DNA of 24,000 nucleotides, from the NCBI RefSeq assembly GCF_000812565.1, contig NZ_JTAM01000049.1, forward strand, positions 19,384-43,383, written 5' to 3'. The notes under the pieces were generated by a model. That model made no database searches. It worked only from the letters and a program-made list of their open reading frames with translations, and had not been told where the DNA came from. The stretch is from Flammeovirga sp. OC4 (GTDB lineage: Bacteria; Bacteroidota; Bacteroidia; Cytophagales; Flammeovirgaceae). Positions 8,607-16,944 of the stretch are shown here, in pieces (the stretch's first letter is position 1; the number at the start of each line of letters is the position of its first letter). The position numbers and the translations under genes are program-made.

Positions 8607-8642
8607 CGAACCAATAGGATTTTCTTATTGGTTCGTTTTTTT
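8607..8642 (+). terminator. Orphan rho-independent terminator in the intergenic region, 86 nt upstream of the ABC1-kinase start codon.
   Basis: A perfect 10-bp stem pairs cgaaccaata (8607-8616) with tattggttcg (8626-8635) around a 9-nt loop. A T7 run follows at 8636-8642. No ORF of 60 codons or more ends here. Confidence 0.7.
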
Positions 8643-8727
8643 ATACCGATATAAAAAGTCTTAACTTATTTGGTAAGTAATCAATAGTGAGTTCTTTCTA
8701 TATTGCACTTCAATTAAAAATGTTCAA

Positions 8728-10392
8728 ATGCAAACAAAAACGACATACTCTAATAGATATATAGAAATTGTACAAGTGATGGTAAAGTACGGTTTTCAAA
8801 GTTGGTTGGTCAATTCAAGTATATCTCATCTTATACCTAATAAAATATTAGATAAGCATCTTGAAGTATCAAGAGAACCTATTGAAGTCAGGTTTCGATT
8901 GGCAATTGAAGAATTAGGTCCCACTTTTATTAAACTGGGGCAAATGTTGAGTAATCGTGCTGACCTTATTCCTATAGAATATGTAAAAGAACTTAAGAAA
9001 CTTCAAGATGAAGTGAAACAAGATGATTCTTTTAAAGTAGAGGAAGTAATCAAAGAGGAATTAGGAGAGGAGGAGTTTGCTACATTCAACAAAATAAATG
9101 ATAAACCATTAGGAATAGCATCTATTGGACAAACTTATGCAGTAGAAAGAAATGGTAAGCCTTTGGTATTAAAAGTTAGAAAACCCTCTGCAAGTGCTAC
9201 TGTCAATGAAGATTTGAGAATTATACGTTCCATACTTAGAATTGTGGTGCGATCAAGCAGAAATATTGCTAAGATGGACCCATTGCGCTTGTTTGATGAA
9301 TTTGAAATTACTTTAAAGAATGAACTGAACTATTCAATAGAAAAAAGAAATCAAGAGCAATTCTATTCTTATTTTAAAAACTCCAAGACAACTACTGCTC
9401 CTACAGTCATTAAGGAATTGTGTACCGATAAGATATTATGTATGGAGTTTGCCGATGGTACCAAAATGAATGATTTCATTGAAAAGGCGACCGAACAGCA
9501 AAAAGAAGTAATCAGTAAGAATTTGGTCAAGTCTTTTTTCCAGCAAATCATAGAGTACGGTTTTTATCATGCAGACCCACACCCCGGTAATGTTTTTATT
9601 ACAAAAGATCTAAAACTCTGTTTTATAGATTTTGGTATTGTCGGGCATTTATTAAAGGAAGATACTACCGTGATTGGGGAGTTTTTAGAAGCCTTCCTTT
9701 CAAAAAATACAGATAGGGTGATTCATTCCATTAAAAGAATTGCTTTGACACATGAAATCACAAAGGAAAATAGAAAGAATCTTCAATACCAGTTGCATGA
9801 CCTTTTCCAATTTTTGGATCAGGATGTGAGTACTATTCCTTGGGCTGATTTTTCAGAAAAAGTGATGACCATTATGTTTGGTTATAATATTAAACTGCCA
9901 AATTACTTTGTCACTTTAGCGAAAGCTTTGGCGTTAGTTTTGGGAACAGCCTTGGAGATCAATCCAAAAATGAATCTCTTGAAAGAAATTAAACCCTTTA
10001 TATTAAAGTATCAAATGCATTTTCTGACTTCAAAAGGACAAAGAGAATTATTGTTGGATTTGGTATATGGTATTCGTGACTTTAAAAATTTCCCTGCGGA
10101 TATAAAGGAAATTATTGCACTTATCAAAAGAGGAAAGATTGATGTAATGATTACATTGGAAGAAGCACAACCCATATTAGACTCCTTTCGAAATGGTATT
10201 AATAAATTGACCATAGGAATTATTATAGGTTGTCTATTGATTGCTTCTTCTTCTATGGCAGTTGCAGAAAATGCCACCTTTATTAATAAATTTGCCATAG
10301 GAGGTTATGTGATTGCAGGTATTCTTGGCTTAGCACTCACTATAGATGTATTTAAGGACTTATTTAGAGATAAACCTAAAAGAAATAGGTAA
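8728..10392 (+). CDS. ABC1/UbiB (AarF-domain) atypical protein kinase family protein with two C-terminal transmembrane helices.
   Basis: The family signature LGPTFIKLGQMLSNRADLIPIEYVKELKKLQDEV is present, along with the kinase-like core HADPHPGNVFI and IDFGIVG. The hydrophobic C-terminus contains LTIGIIIGCLLIASSSMAV and GGYVIAGILGLALTI. Confidence 0.85.
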   Translation: MQTKTTYSNRYIEIVQVMVKYGFQSWLVNSSISHLIPNKILDKHLEVSREPIEVRFRLAIEELGPTFIKLGQMLSNRADLIPIEYVKELKKLQDEVKQDDSFKVEEVIKEELGEEEFATFNKINDKPLGIASIGQTYAVERNGKPLVLKVRKPSASATVNEDLRIIRSILRIVVRSSRNIAKMDPLRLFDEFEITLKNELNYSIEKRNQEQFYSYFKNSKTTTAPTVIKELCTDKILCMEFADGTKMNDFIEKATEQQKEVISKNLVKSFFQQIIEYGFYHADPHPGNVFITKDLKLCFIDFGIVGHLLKEDTTVIGEFLEAFLSKNTDRVIHSIKRIALTHEITKENRKNLQYQLHDLFQFLDQDVSTIPWADFSEKVMTIMFGYNIKLPNYFVTLAKALALVLGTALEINPKMNLLKEIKPFILKYQMHFLTSKGQRELLLDLVYGIRDFKNFPADIKEIIALIKRGKIDVMITLEEAQPILDSFRNGINKLTIGIIIGCLLIASSSMAVAENATFINKFAIGGYVIAGILGLALTIDVFKDLFRDKPKRNR

Positions 10393-10402
10393 GGATAGTA
10401 GA

Positions 10403-10420
10403 GGGCGAATTGTTTCGCCC
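10403..10420. terminator. GC-rich hairpin between the convergent ABC1-kinase and CDF genes; a possible bidirectional terminator that lacks a clear U-tract.
   Basis: A 7-bp stem pairs gggcgaa (10403-10409) with ttcgccc (10414-10420) around the loop ttgt. It sits in the 36-nt gap between the two stop codons. Confidence 0.45.
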
Positions 10421-10428
10421 AAAATTTA

Positions 10429-11322
10429 TTATTTTTCACAATCTTCATCAGATCGCTCAATCTCAATTGTAATATGTTTGATCTTATCTTTTTTAATAAT
10501 TTCTCTAACCTCTTTCTTGATTTCGGCACATCGACACATATCCGTAGTATTTTCTACGACTAAATGAAGACTCATGATATTAAACTCTCCATCCAATGAC
10601 CATAAATGAAGATCATGAGCATCTTCTACGTTCTTAATTTGTATAAGGTCATGGATGATATCTTTTTGATTTATATCGTGAGGTGCCGCTTGAAGGAAAA
10701 TAGGGAGTATTCCAATCAGGTTCTTAATTGCATTATATAATATGAAAGAGGCAATGCCTAATGAAAGGAGAGGGTCAATTATTGGAATATCATAAAAATT
10801 CATCACCAAAGCACCTATCAATACTGCAACCCAACCTAAAGTATCTTCCATTAAATGCAGCATCATTACTCTTTGATTAGCGGAGTTCTTATTGCCGAAT
10901 AGTTTAAACACTGCCATGCCATTTACAGCTACACCAATAAAAGCCATCAATAGCATTCCTTCTGAATGTACTTCTTCTGGTTCAATTAAACGTGGAATTG
11001 TATTTACTATAATAAGGATAGAACCTGAGGTAAGGACGATGATATTGATAATAGCAGCTAAAGTAGAATATCGTCTATAGCCATAAGTATAAGTTGTATT
11101 TTCTTTTTTGTTGGAATACCGCTCGAAAAAATAACCGGCTCCAATCGCTAAAGTATCTCCTAAGTCATGAACAGCATCAGATAAAATGGCAATTGAGTTG
11201 GTGTAAAATCCTCCTATAAATTCAAAAATGGTAAAGGTAAGGTTTAAAAAAAATGCCCAACCAATGTTTTTTGTAGAGTCATGATGTTGACCATGTGAAT
11301 GATGATGGTGTTGATGTCCCAT
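10429..11322 (-). CDS. Cation diffusion facilitator (CDF) family divalent-metal efflux transporter (CzcD/ZitB-like) with a His-rich N-terminus.
   Basis: The N-terminus reads MGHQHHHHSHGQHHDS. TM2 carries the SDAVHDLGD motif and TM5 the HLMEDTLGW motif, consistent with the HD-HD metal site A. Six TM segments are followed by a cytoplasmic C-terminal domain (HDLHLWSLDG). Confidence 0.85.
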   Translation of the reverse strand: MGHQHHHHSHGQHHDSTKNIGWAFFLNLTFTIFEFIGGFYTNSIAILSDAVHDLGDTLAIGAGYFFERYSNKKENTTYTYGYRRYSTLAAIINIIVLTSGSILIIVNTIPRLIEPEEVHSEGMLLMAFIGVAVNGMAVFKLFGNKNSANQRVMMLHLMEDTLGWVAVLIGALVMNFYDIPIIDPLLSLGIASFILYNAIKNLIGILPIFLQAAPHDINQKDIIHDLIQIKNVEDAHDLHLWSLDGEFNIMSLHLVVENTTDMCRCAEIKKEVREIIKKDKIKHITIEIERSDEDCEK

Positions 11323-11714
11323 ATTGGTATATTTTAGTTTAAAAAAGATAGAAAAAATTAGTTTAAAATTCCCATTTCGATCATGGTCTACTAAAATTAA
11401 TAAATAAAATTTAATGATTTAGCGTATATATATAGTCGTTTTTAGGAAAGCGAATTTTCGCGTTTTGATTCTTTACGCTAAGTGAGAAAATTCATTTCGC
11501 TTTTTTGATTTATGTGTAAAAAGCACATTAAAAAAAGTGCTCTTTTTTACTACTTTTTTCCATACAAGTGTTAATTAACTATGTGTAAAATAGCTATTTA
11601 CGTATAATTATTTGTCATCACGAGATTTTAGTGATGACGATCACTGAAATAGATTTCAACTACTTTCATATTTGTATCATCACAAAGAGATAATCTTATA
11701 AACTTTCATATTGT

Positions 11715-12557
11715 ATGGGATATTCATCGCCAAAAGAGATTTTAAGTAATATTAGAGGAGGGGCACTTCAGAAAGGAAATATGTCCATTCAACAATTACT
11801 AGTCTTCGGATTTTTAGGAGGAGCATATGTAGCCTTCGGATTCTTGTTAGCTATTATTGTTGGAGGAGGATCACCTGGAATTGCAGCTGAAAACCCTGGT
11901 ATCACAAAGTTTCTAATGGGTGCAGTTTTCCCGGTAGGACTCGTATTAGTAATTATTGCAGGAGCAGAATTATTCACATCAAGTACTGCAATGATGACTG
12001 TTTCAGTATTCTCAAAAGATCAGTCTTGGGGAAAGCTAGGGAAAGTTTGGGGATTTGGTTACTTAGGTAACTTTATAGGATCTCTATTTGTGGCTTACTT
12101 CATCACTACATTAACAGGAGTGGTTGACGCAGAGGTCTTCCATAACTCATTAATAAGTGTAGCAGAGCATAAAGTAGGTAACCCATTTTATAAGACCTTC
12201 TTTAAAGCAGTAGGAGCGAACTGGCTAGTATGTTTGGCTGCATGGCAAGCATACGCTGCAAAAGATGTGATGGGTAAAGTAATCGGAATCTGGTTCCCGG
12301 TAATGACTTTCGTAACATTTGGTTTCGAACACTGTATTGCCAATATGTATGTGATTCCAGCAGCGATGTTTAATGGTGCTGACATCACTTGGTCAGATTT
12401 TATCATCACCAACTTAATTCCTGCAACGTTAGGAAACATCGTAGGAGGAGCCTTCTTTGTAGGGACGATTTACTGGTGGATGTTTGTGAAGCCAGACATG
12501 GAAAAAGAAAATTCACAACTTAAGAAAGATCTTAAAGATAGCAAGATCGCTGGTTAG
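11715..12557 (+). CDS. focA: Formate/nitrite transporter family channel (FocA-like).
   Basis: GAELFTSS and FGFEHCIANMY signatures are present (the central His of the FNT pore), in a ~280-aa six-TM layout. The gene lies directly upstream of pflB, as in the classical focA-pflB arrangement. Confidence 0.85.
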   Translation: MGYSSPKEILSNIRGGALQKGNMSIQQLLVFGFLGGAYVAFGFLLAIIVGGGSPGIAAENPGITKFLMGAVFPVGLVLVIIAGAELFTSSTAMMTVSVFSKDQSWGKLGKVWGFGYLGNFIGSLFVAYFITTLTGVVDAEVFHNSLISVAEHKVGNPFYKTFFKAVGANWLVCLAAWQAYAAKDVMGKVIGIWFPVMTFVTFGFEHCIANMYVIPAAMFNGADITWSDFIITNLIPATLGNIVGGAFFVGTIYWWMFVKPDMEKENSQLKKDLKDSKIAG

Positions 12558-12663
12558 TAAGATTTTAAGTTGATTTAATTAATAAAACTAAACATAGACA
12601 TCTGAACGTTAAAAATACCGTTTAGATTAAATGTAGATTGTAAAGAAAAACCAAAAGAATAGA

Positions 12664-14931
12664 ATGGAAAACGCTGTATTAAACTCTCAATTAAAAGGAA
12701 CAAAGTGGCAAAACGAAATCAACGTTTATGACTTTGTAGTAAATAATGTTACACCTTATTATGGAGATGCTTCTTTCTTAGCGGAAGCAACTGAAGCAAC
12801 TAAAAAGCTTTGGGATATCTGCTTAGCAGGTATGAAAGAAGAAAGAGAAAATAATGGTTGCCGTGACATCGATACGGATACAATCTCTAGTGTAACTTCG
12901 CATAAAGCAGGTTACATCAACCAAGAATTAGAAACAATCGTTGGTTTACAGACTGATGAGCTTTTAAAGCGTGCTATGAAGCCTTTTGGTGGATATAGAG
13001 TTGTTAAAAACGCTGTAGAAGAAAAAGGTAAAAAAGTTAACCCAGCTGTAGAAAACGTATTTAACTATGCAAAAGATCACAACAACCAAGTGTTCGCTGC
13101 ATACGATAAAGAAATCAGAACTTACCGTTCATTAGGTGTTTTAACTGGTCTTCCTGATAACTATGCACGTGGTCGTGTAATCGGTGACTACCGTCGTTTA
13201 GCACTTTACGGTACAGATCAATTAATCGCAGCAAAACAAAAAGATTTTGCTAATATCGAGGAAGGTTTAAGCGAAGGTTCAGGAGCGGACATCGCAATGA
13301 ACATCCAATTACGTGAAGAGATTACTTCTCAAATCTCTGCATTGAAAGACATCGCTGAGATGGCTGCAATGTACGGTTTAGACGTAACTCGTCCTGCTGA
13401 AACTGCAAAAGAAGCTGTACAAGCGGTATACTTTGCTTACTTAGCGGCTGTAAAAGAGCAAGATGGTGCTGCAATGTCATTAGGTAACGTATCTTCTTTC
13501 TTAGATATCTATATCCAAAGAGACTTAGAAGCAGGTACTATCAATGAGGTTGAAGCACAAGAATATATCGACCACTTCGTAATGAAATTACGTATGGTTC
13601 GTCACTTACGTCCAGGTGCTTATGACGAGATCTTCGGTGGTGACCCAACTTGGGTAACTGAAGCAATCGGTGGTCAATTCCACGACGGTCGTACTAAAGT
13701 GACTAAGACTTCATTCAGATTCTTACAAACTCTTTATAACTTAGGAGCATCTCCAGAGCCAAACTTAACTGTACTTTGGTCAAAAGATCTTCCTGAAGGT
13801 TTCAAAGAATTCTGTTCTCAAGTATCAATTGATACTTCATCTATCCAATACGAAAATGACGATTTAATGCGTCCTAACCGTGGATCAGATGACTATGGTA
13901 TCGCTTGTTGTGTATCTTACCAAGAAATCGGTAAAAGAATCCAATTCTTCGGTGCACGTACAAACTTACCAAAAGCATTATTGATGGCAATCAACGCTGG
14001 TCATGACGAAAACAAAAACGTATTGACAGTGAATGGTATCGATTCAATGGCGAACGATGAGTACTTGGATTACGACAAAGTAATGACGCAATTCAAGAAA
14101 ACAATGAAAGAAGTTGCTCGTGTTTATGTGAAGACAATGAACATCATTCACTACATGCACGACAAGCACTACTACGAAAAAGCACAATTCGCATTCTTGG
14201 ACACTGATCCAGGTATCGATATGGCTTACGGTGCTGCTGGTATCTCTATCATTGCTGACTCATTATCTGCAATCAAGAATGCTAAAGTGAAGCCAGTTCG
14301 TGATGAGAATGGTTTAGCTGTTGACTTCCAAATCGAAGGTGATTACCCTAAATATGGTAACGATATCGACGACGTAGATAACATCGCTAAAGAAATCTCT
14401 CATATCTTCTTCACTGAGTTAGCGAAGCACAAAACTTACCGTAACGCTGTACCTACAATGTCATTATTGACAATTACTTCAAACGTAATGTACGGTAAGA
14501 AAACGGGTGCTACTCCTGACGGTCGTAAGGCTGGTGAGCCATTCGCTCCAGGTGCTAACCCAATGCACGGTCGTGATACAAACGGTGCTGTTGCTTCATT
14601 GAACTCTGTTGCAAAATTAGACTACAATGACGCTCAAGACGGTATCTCAAATACATTCTCAATCGTTCCTAAGTCATTAGGTTCTGATAGAGGTACTCAA
14701 GTGAAAAACCTAGTAACTATGATGGATGGTTACTTCGCTGAAGAAGGCGGTATGGCGCACCACTTAAACGTGAACGTATTGAACAGAGATACTTTAATGG
14801 ATGCTTACGAAAATCCTGAGAACTATCCACAGTTAACAATCCGTGTATCTGGATACGCTGTGAACTTCATCAGATTATCAAGAGCGCACCAATTAGAGGT
14901 GATTCAAAGAACATTCCACGAGTCTATGTAA
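12664..14931 (+). CDS. pflB: Pyruvate formate-lyase (formate C-acetyltransferase), a glycyl-radical enzyme.
   Basis: The product is 755 aa. It has the active-site Cys pair [23 protein letters not shown] and the C-terminal glycyl-radical motif [14 protein letters not shown]. It appears collinear with E. coli PflB from start to end. Confidence 0.95.
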   Translation: MENAVLNSQLKGTKWQNEINVYDFVVNNVTPYYGDASFLAEATEATKKLWDICLAGMKEERENNGCRDIDTDTISSVTSHKAGYINQELETIVGLQTDELLKRAMKPFGGYRVVKNAVEEKGKKVNPAVENVFNYAKDHNNQVFAAYDKEIRTYRSLGVLTGLPDNYARGRVIGDYRRLALYGTDQLIAAKQKDFANIEEGLSEGSGADIAMNIQLREEITSQISALKDIAEMAAMYGLDVTRPAETAKEAVQAVYFAYLAAVKEQDGAAMSLGNVSSFLDIYIQRDLEAGTINEVEAQEYIDHFVMKLRMVRHLRPGAYDEIFGGDPTWVTEAIGGQFHDGRTKVTKTSFRFLQTLYNLGASPEPNLTVLWSKDLPEGFKEFCSQVSIDTSSIQYENDDLMRPNRGSDDYGIACCVSYQEIGKRIQFFGARTNLPKALLMAINAGHDENKNVLTVNGIDSMANDEYLDYDKVMTQFKKTMKEVARVYVKTMNIIHYMHDKHYYEKAQFAFLDTDPGIDMAYGAAGISIIADSLSAIKNAKVKPVRDENGLAVDFQIEGDYPKYGNDIDDVDNIAKEISHIFFTELAKHKTYRNAVPTMSLLTITSNVMYGKKTGATPDGRKAGEPFAPGANPMHGRDTNGAVASLNSVAKLDYNDAQDGISNTFSIVPKSLGSDRGTQVKNLVTMMDGYFAEEGGMAHHLNVNVLNRDTLMDAYENPENYPQLTIRVSGYAVNFIRLSRAHQLEVIQRTFHESM

Positions 14932-14958
14932 TATTGACTAGGAATTAGAAATATCAAG

Positions 14959-14990
14959 AGGCTACTTCGAAAGAGGTAGCCTTTTCTTTT
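14959..14990 (+). terminator. Rho-independent terminator of pflB.
   Basis: A 10-bp stem (one G-U pair) pairs aggctacttc (14959-14968) with gaggtagcct (14973-14982) around a GAAA tetraloop. A T-rich tract (tttctttt) follows. Confidence 0.8.
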
Positions 14991-15002
14991 ATATATTAAA
15001 GT

Positions 15003-15893
15003 ATGAACAAGAAGATCGAAACATATATCTATCAAAATGTAGAAAGAGTACACCTGATCAGGACCATGGTTTTGGTGGGGTTAAGTTTCATTCTTGTCAA
15101 TCTATTGGACATCCCTCACGGCTCATGGGTGAGTATTACAGTAGTTGTATTAATAGGACCAGTGCCAGAGTTTGGAGGAATTATCCACCGTATATTACAA
15201 AGAATATTAGGAACGGTGACGGGAGCTTTATTAGGAGTAGCGACCTTGATACTATTTCAAAATAATGTGATCATTCAAACACTGATTATCCTTATTTCTA
15301 TACCATTATTTGGATTAGTTGTTTTCAAAAAATACCCTTATGCCTATTTGATAGGAGTGATGACACTAGTAATTCTGTTAAGTGTCAATGAGAGTGAAGG
15401 CTTGGATACAGCTTTGTGGAGATCAGGAAATATTATTTTTGGAGGGCTTATTACTTTGGTTTTTTCATTAATTTTTCCGGTTCGAGGAATTCGAGAATTA
15501 AAATTTGAAATGGCTCATGCTTTATCTTTGATAAATAAAGAATACAAGAGCGTAGTAGAGGGAGATCTAGTAGAAGAACCTTATCTTCTGGAAATTAGTG
15601 GTATTATTGCCTCTATTCGAAAACAAAGAAAGATCATTACTCATGTAAAGAAAGAGAGTGCCTATTTCAAAAATAAATCACAAGAATTAGAAGAAACAAT
15701 GGTTATTCTTAGAAGGATGTCTGGTATAATTGAGTTATTAAATACGTCAACTTTCGCTTCTGAAATTGGTAATCAGTATATCTCTCAGCTTTACTCCATC
15801 AAGGAAAAACATGAAATTTTTACATCACGTATTGATCTGATGATTGAGCAGCTGTCGAATAATTCTTTTGAAGCACCTGAAAAATCAACCTAA
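15003..15893 (+). CDS. FUSC / aromatic-acid-exporter (ArAE)-like integral membrane protein, possibly interrupted near its 3' end by a 1-nt homopolymer frameshift (see findings).
   Basis: The N-terminal half has ~5 TM helices. The FUSC-type pattern reads R....VGL.F.....L..PHGSWV.IT.V.......GG......QRILGT..GALLG. The C-terminal half is cytoplasmic and helical. An adjacent 57-codon stop-free stretch follows in the neighbouring frame (15881-16054). Confidence 0.65.
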   Translation: MNKKIETYIYQNVERVHLIRTMVLVGLSFILVNLLDIPHGSWVSITVVVLIGPVPEFGGIIHRILQRILGTVTGALLGVATLILFQNNVIIQTLIILISIPLFGLVVFKKYPYAYLIGVMTLVILLSVNESEGLDTALWRSGNIIFGGLITLVFSLIFPVRGIRELKFEMAHALSLINKEYKSVVEGDLVEEPYLLEISGIIASIRKQRKIITHVKKESAYFKNKSQELEETMVILRRMSGIIELLNTSTFASEIGNQYISQLYSIKEKHEIFTSRIDLMIEQLSNNSFEAPEKST

Positions 15894-16276
15894 GATTAAC
15901 TTCGTCAAGAGAAGAGTTGGCCTCTTTGAACGATAAATATACAGATGATCATACACCGCTTAGTCCTTACAGTTATGTATGGCTGAACTATCAGTTTGGA
16001 CTTCAAGTGTTTTTATTGGAAGATAAATTGAATGGGCTTTTTAATAGAGTTTAGCTCGATTTAGCTCATGCTTAGAGCCTATAGTCTTTAAAATCTGTAA
16101 TCCATATTTTCTGTATTTGTTCTAAATGACTTTTTAGAATCTATCTAAATAATAACAAATTTTAACTAACTGTAATTGTCATTCATTCAATTTTGCATGT
16201 CGTATGAATAAGTGAACTAAAACTCAACTATACCTGTCGTATAGTAACTTTCTCAATTTTTAAACTCTTCAATACA

Positions 16277-16894
16277 ATGTGCAAACTTAAATTATTAATT
16301 TTTTCATTGATTATTCTTTCATCAACAAGCCTAAAAGCACAAGACAAAAAGCTAACACTTGGACTTGGTTTTGAAGGCAACTACACTTCCAGTAAATTAA
16401 ATGATACTAAGATGAGTGGTGGTGGTGGTGGGTTTTTCATCAATAGCTTTTACCATGTCCATCCCAAAATTGATGTAGGTGGAGAACTCTACTTTAACCT
16501 CAACTATATTGGAGAAGGCGGTGATGAATCTGATTATATCTTATCATCAGAAATTACAAATTTTTCAATAAGAGGTAAGTATTACTTAGGTAGTGGAAAA
16601 TTAAAGCCTTTTTTAGGGCTAGGGGTTGGTTATTATAGGATTCTTGCCAAATCAGTTTCTCCGCTATCCTTTGTACCTATTTTTTCTTTATTTGGTGCCG
16701 ATGAGCTTGAAGAAGAATATCCAATTGTTAATGCCTTTGGAGTATCTCCAGAATTAGGATTGAGTATAGGAATATTTCAATTTTCAACTGTGTACCACTT
16801 CATTCCAAATGTGAAACTAACGGAAGATATAGCAGCAATAAATTATAATCAGCTTGTATTTAAATTCTGTTTTAATATCGGGATTTTGAAATAA
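16277..16894 (+). CDS. Small outer-membrane beta-barrel protein (OMP_b-brl / OmpW-like porin family) with a signal peptide.
   Basis: The signal peptide is MCKLKLLIFSLIILSSTSLKAQ. Alternating hydrophobic/aromatic beta-strand patterns (LGLGFEGNY, GGELYFNLNY, LGLGVGYY, QFSTVYHF, LVFKFCFNIG) fit an 8-10-strand barrel. Confidence 0.6.
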   Translation: MCKLKLLIFSLIILSSTSLKAQDKKLTLGLGFEGNYTSSKLNDTKMSGGGGGFFINSFYHVHPKIDVGGELYFNLNYIGEGGDESDYILSSEITNFSIRGKYYLGSGKLKPFLGLGVGYYRILAKSVSPLSFVPIFSLFGADELEEEYPIVNAFGVSPELGLSIGIFQFSTVYHFIPNVKLTEDIAAINYNQLVFKFCFNIGILK

Positions 16895-16944
16895 GGAATA
16901 ATTTTAGTTGTTCGTCATCAGAAGAAAGCACTTAGAGAAAGGTT

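Noticed and set aside
9369-10567. Small ORFs in and around the ABC1 kinase and CDF 3' ends (9369-9551 -, 10011-10298 -, 10305-10529 -, 10346-10567 +).
   Set aside because: They are antisense to, or out of frame within, well-supported genes, or they bridge the convergent stop region. None has motifs, and all are explained as shadow ORFs.
11512-11528. Palindrome ATGTG-N7-CACAT upstream of focA, considered as a possible CRP/FNR-family site.
   Set aside because: The arm spacing is one base off the CRP geometry (TGTGA-N6-TCACA), and the sequence does not match FNR (TTGAT-N4-ATCAA). It is too short (5-bp arms) to call a site. It also overlaps a weak 5-bp hairpin plus T-run at 11522-11548.
10892-12439. 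ORFs 10892-11080 (+), 11789-11977 (-) and 12188-12439 (-).
   Set aside because: They are antisense to the CDF and focA coding regions. Membrane-protein genes commonly give open antisense frames. There is no independent support.
16198-16242. Direct 8-mer TGTCGTAT x2 (16198-16205, 16235-16242) upstream of the OMP gene, and the TTTAGCTC x2 repeats at ~16050-16070.
   Set aside because: Eight-mers recur by chance at an appreciable rate in a ~380-bp AT-rich spacer. There is no phasing or palindromic structure to support a function.
16418-16432. A (GGT)4-GGG run encoding GGGGG in the OMP gene, considered as a possible slipped-strand phase-variation tract.
   Set aside because: It is a triplet repeat, so slippage stays in frame. 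It is short, and it probably just encodes a glycine loop between beta-strands.
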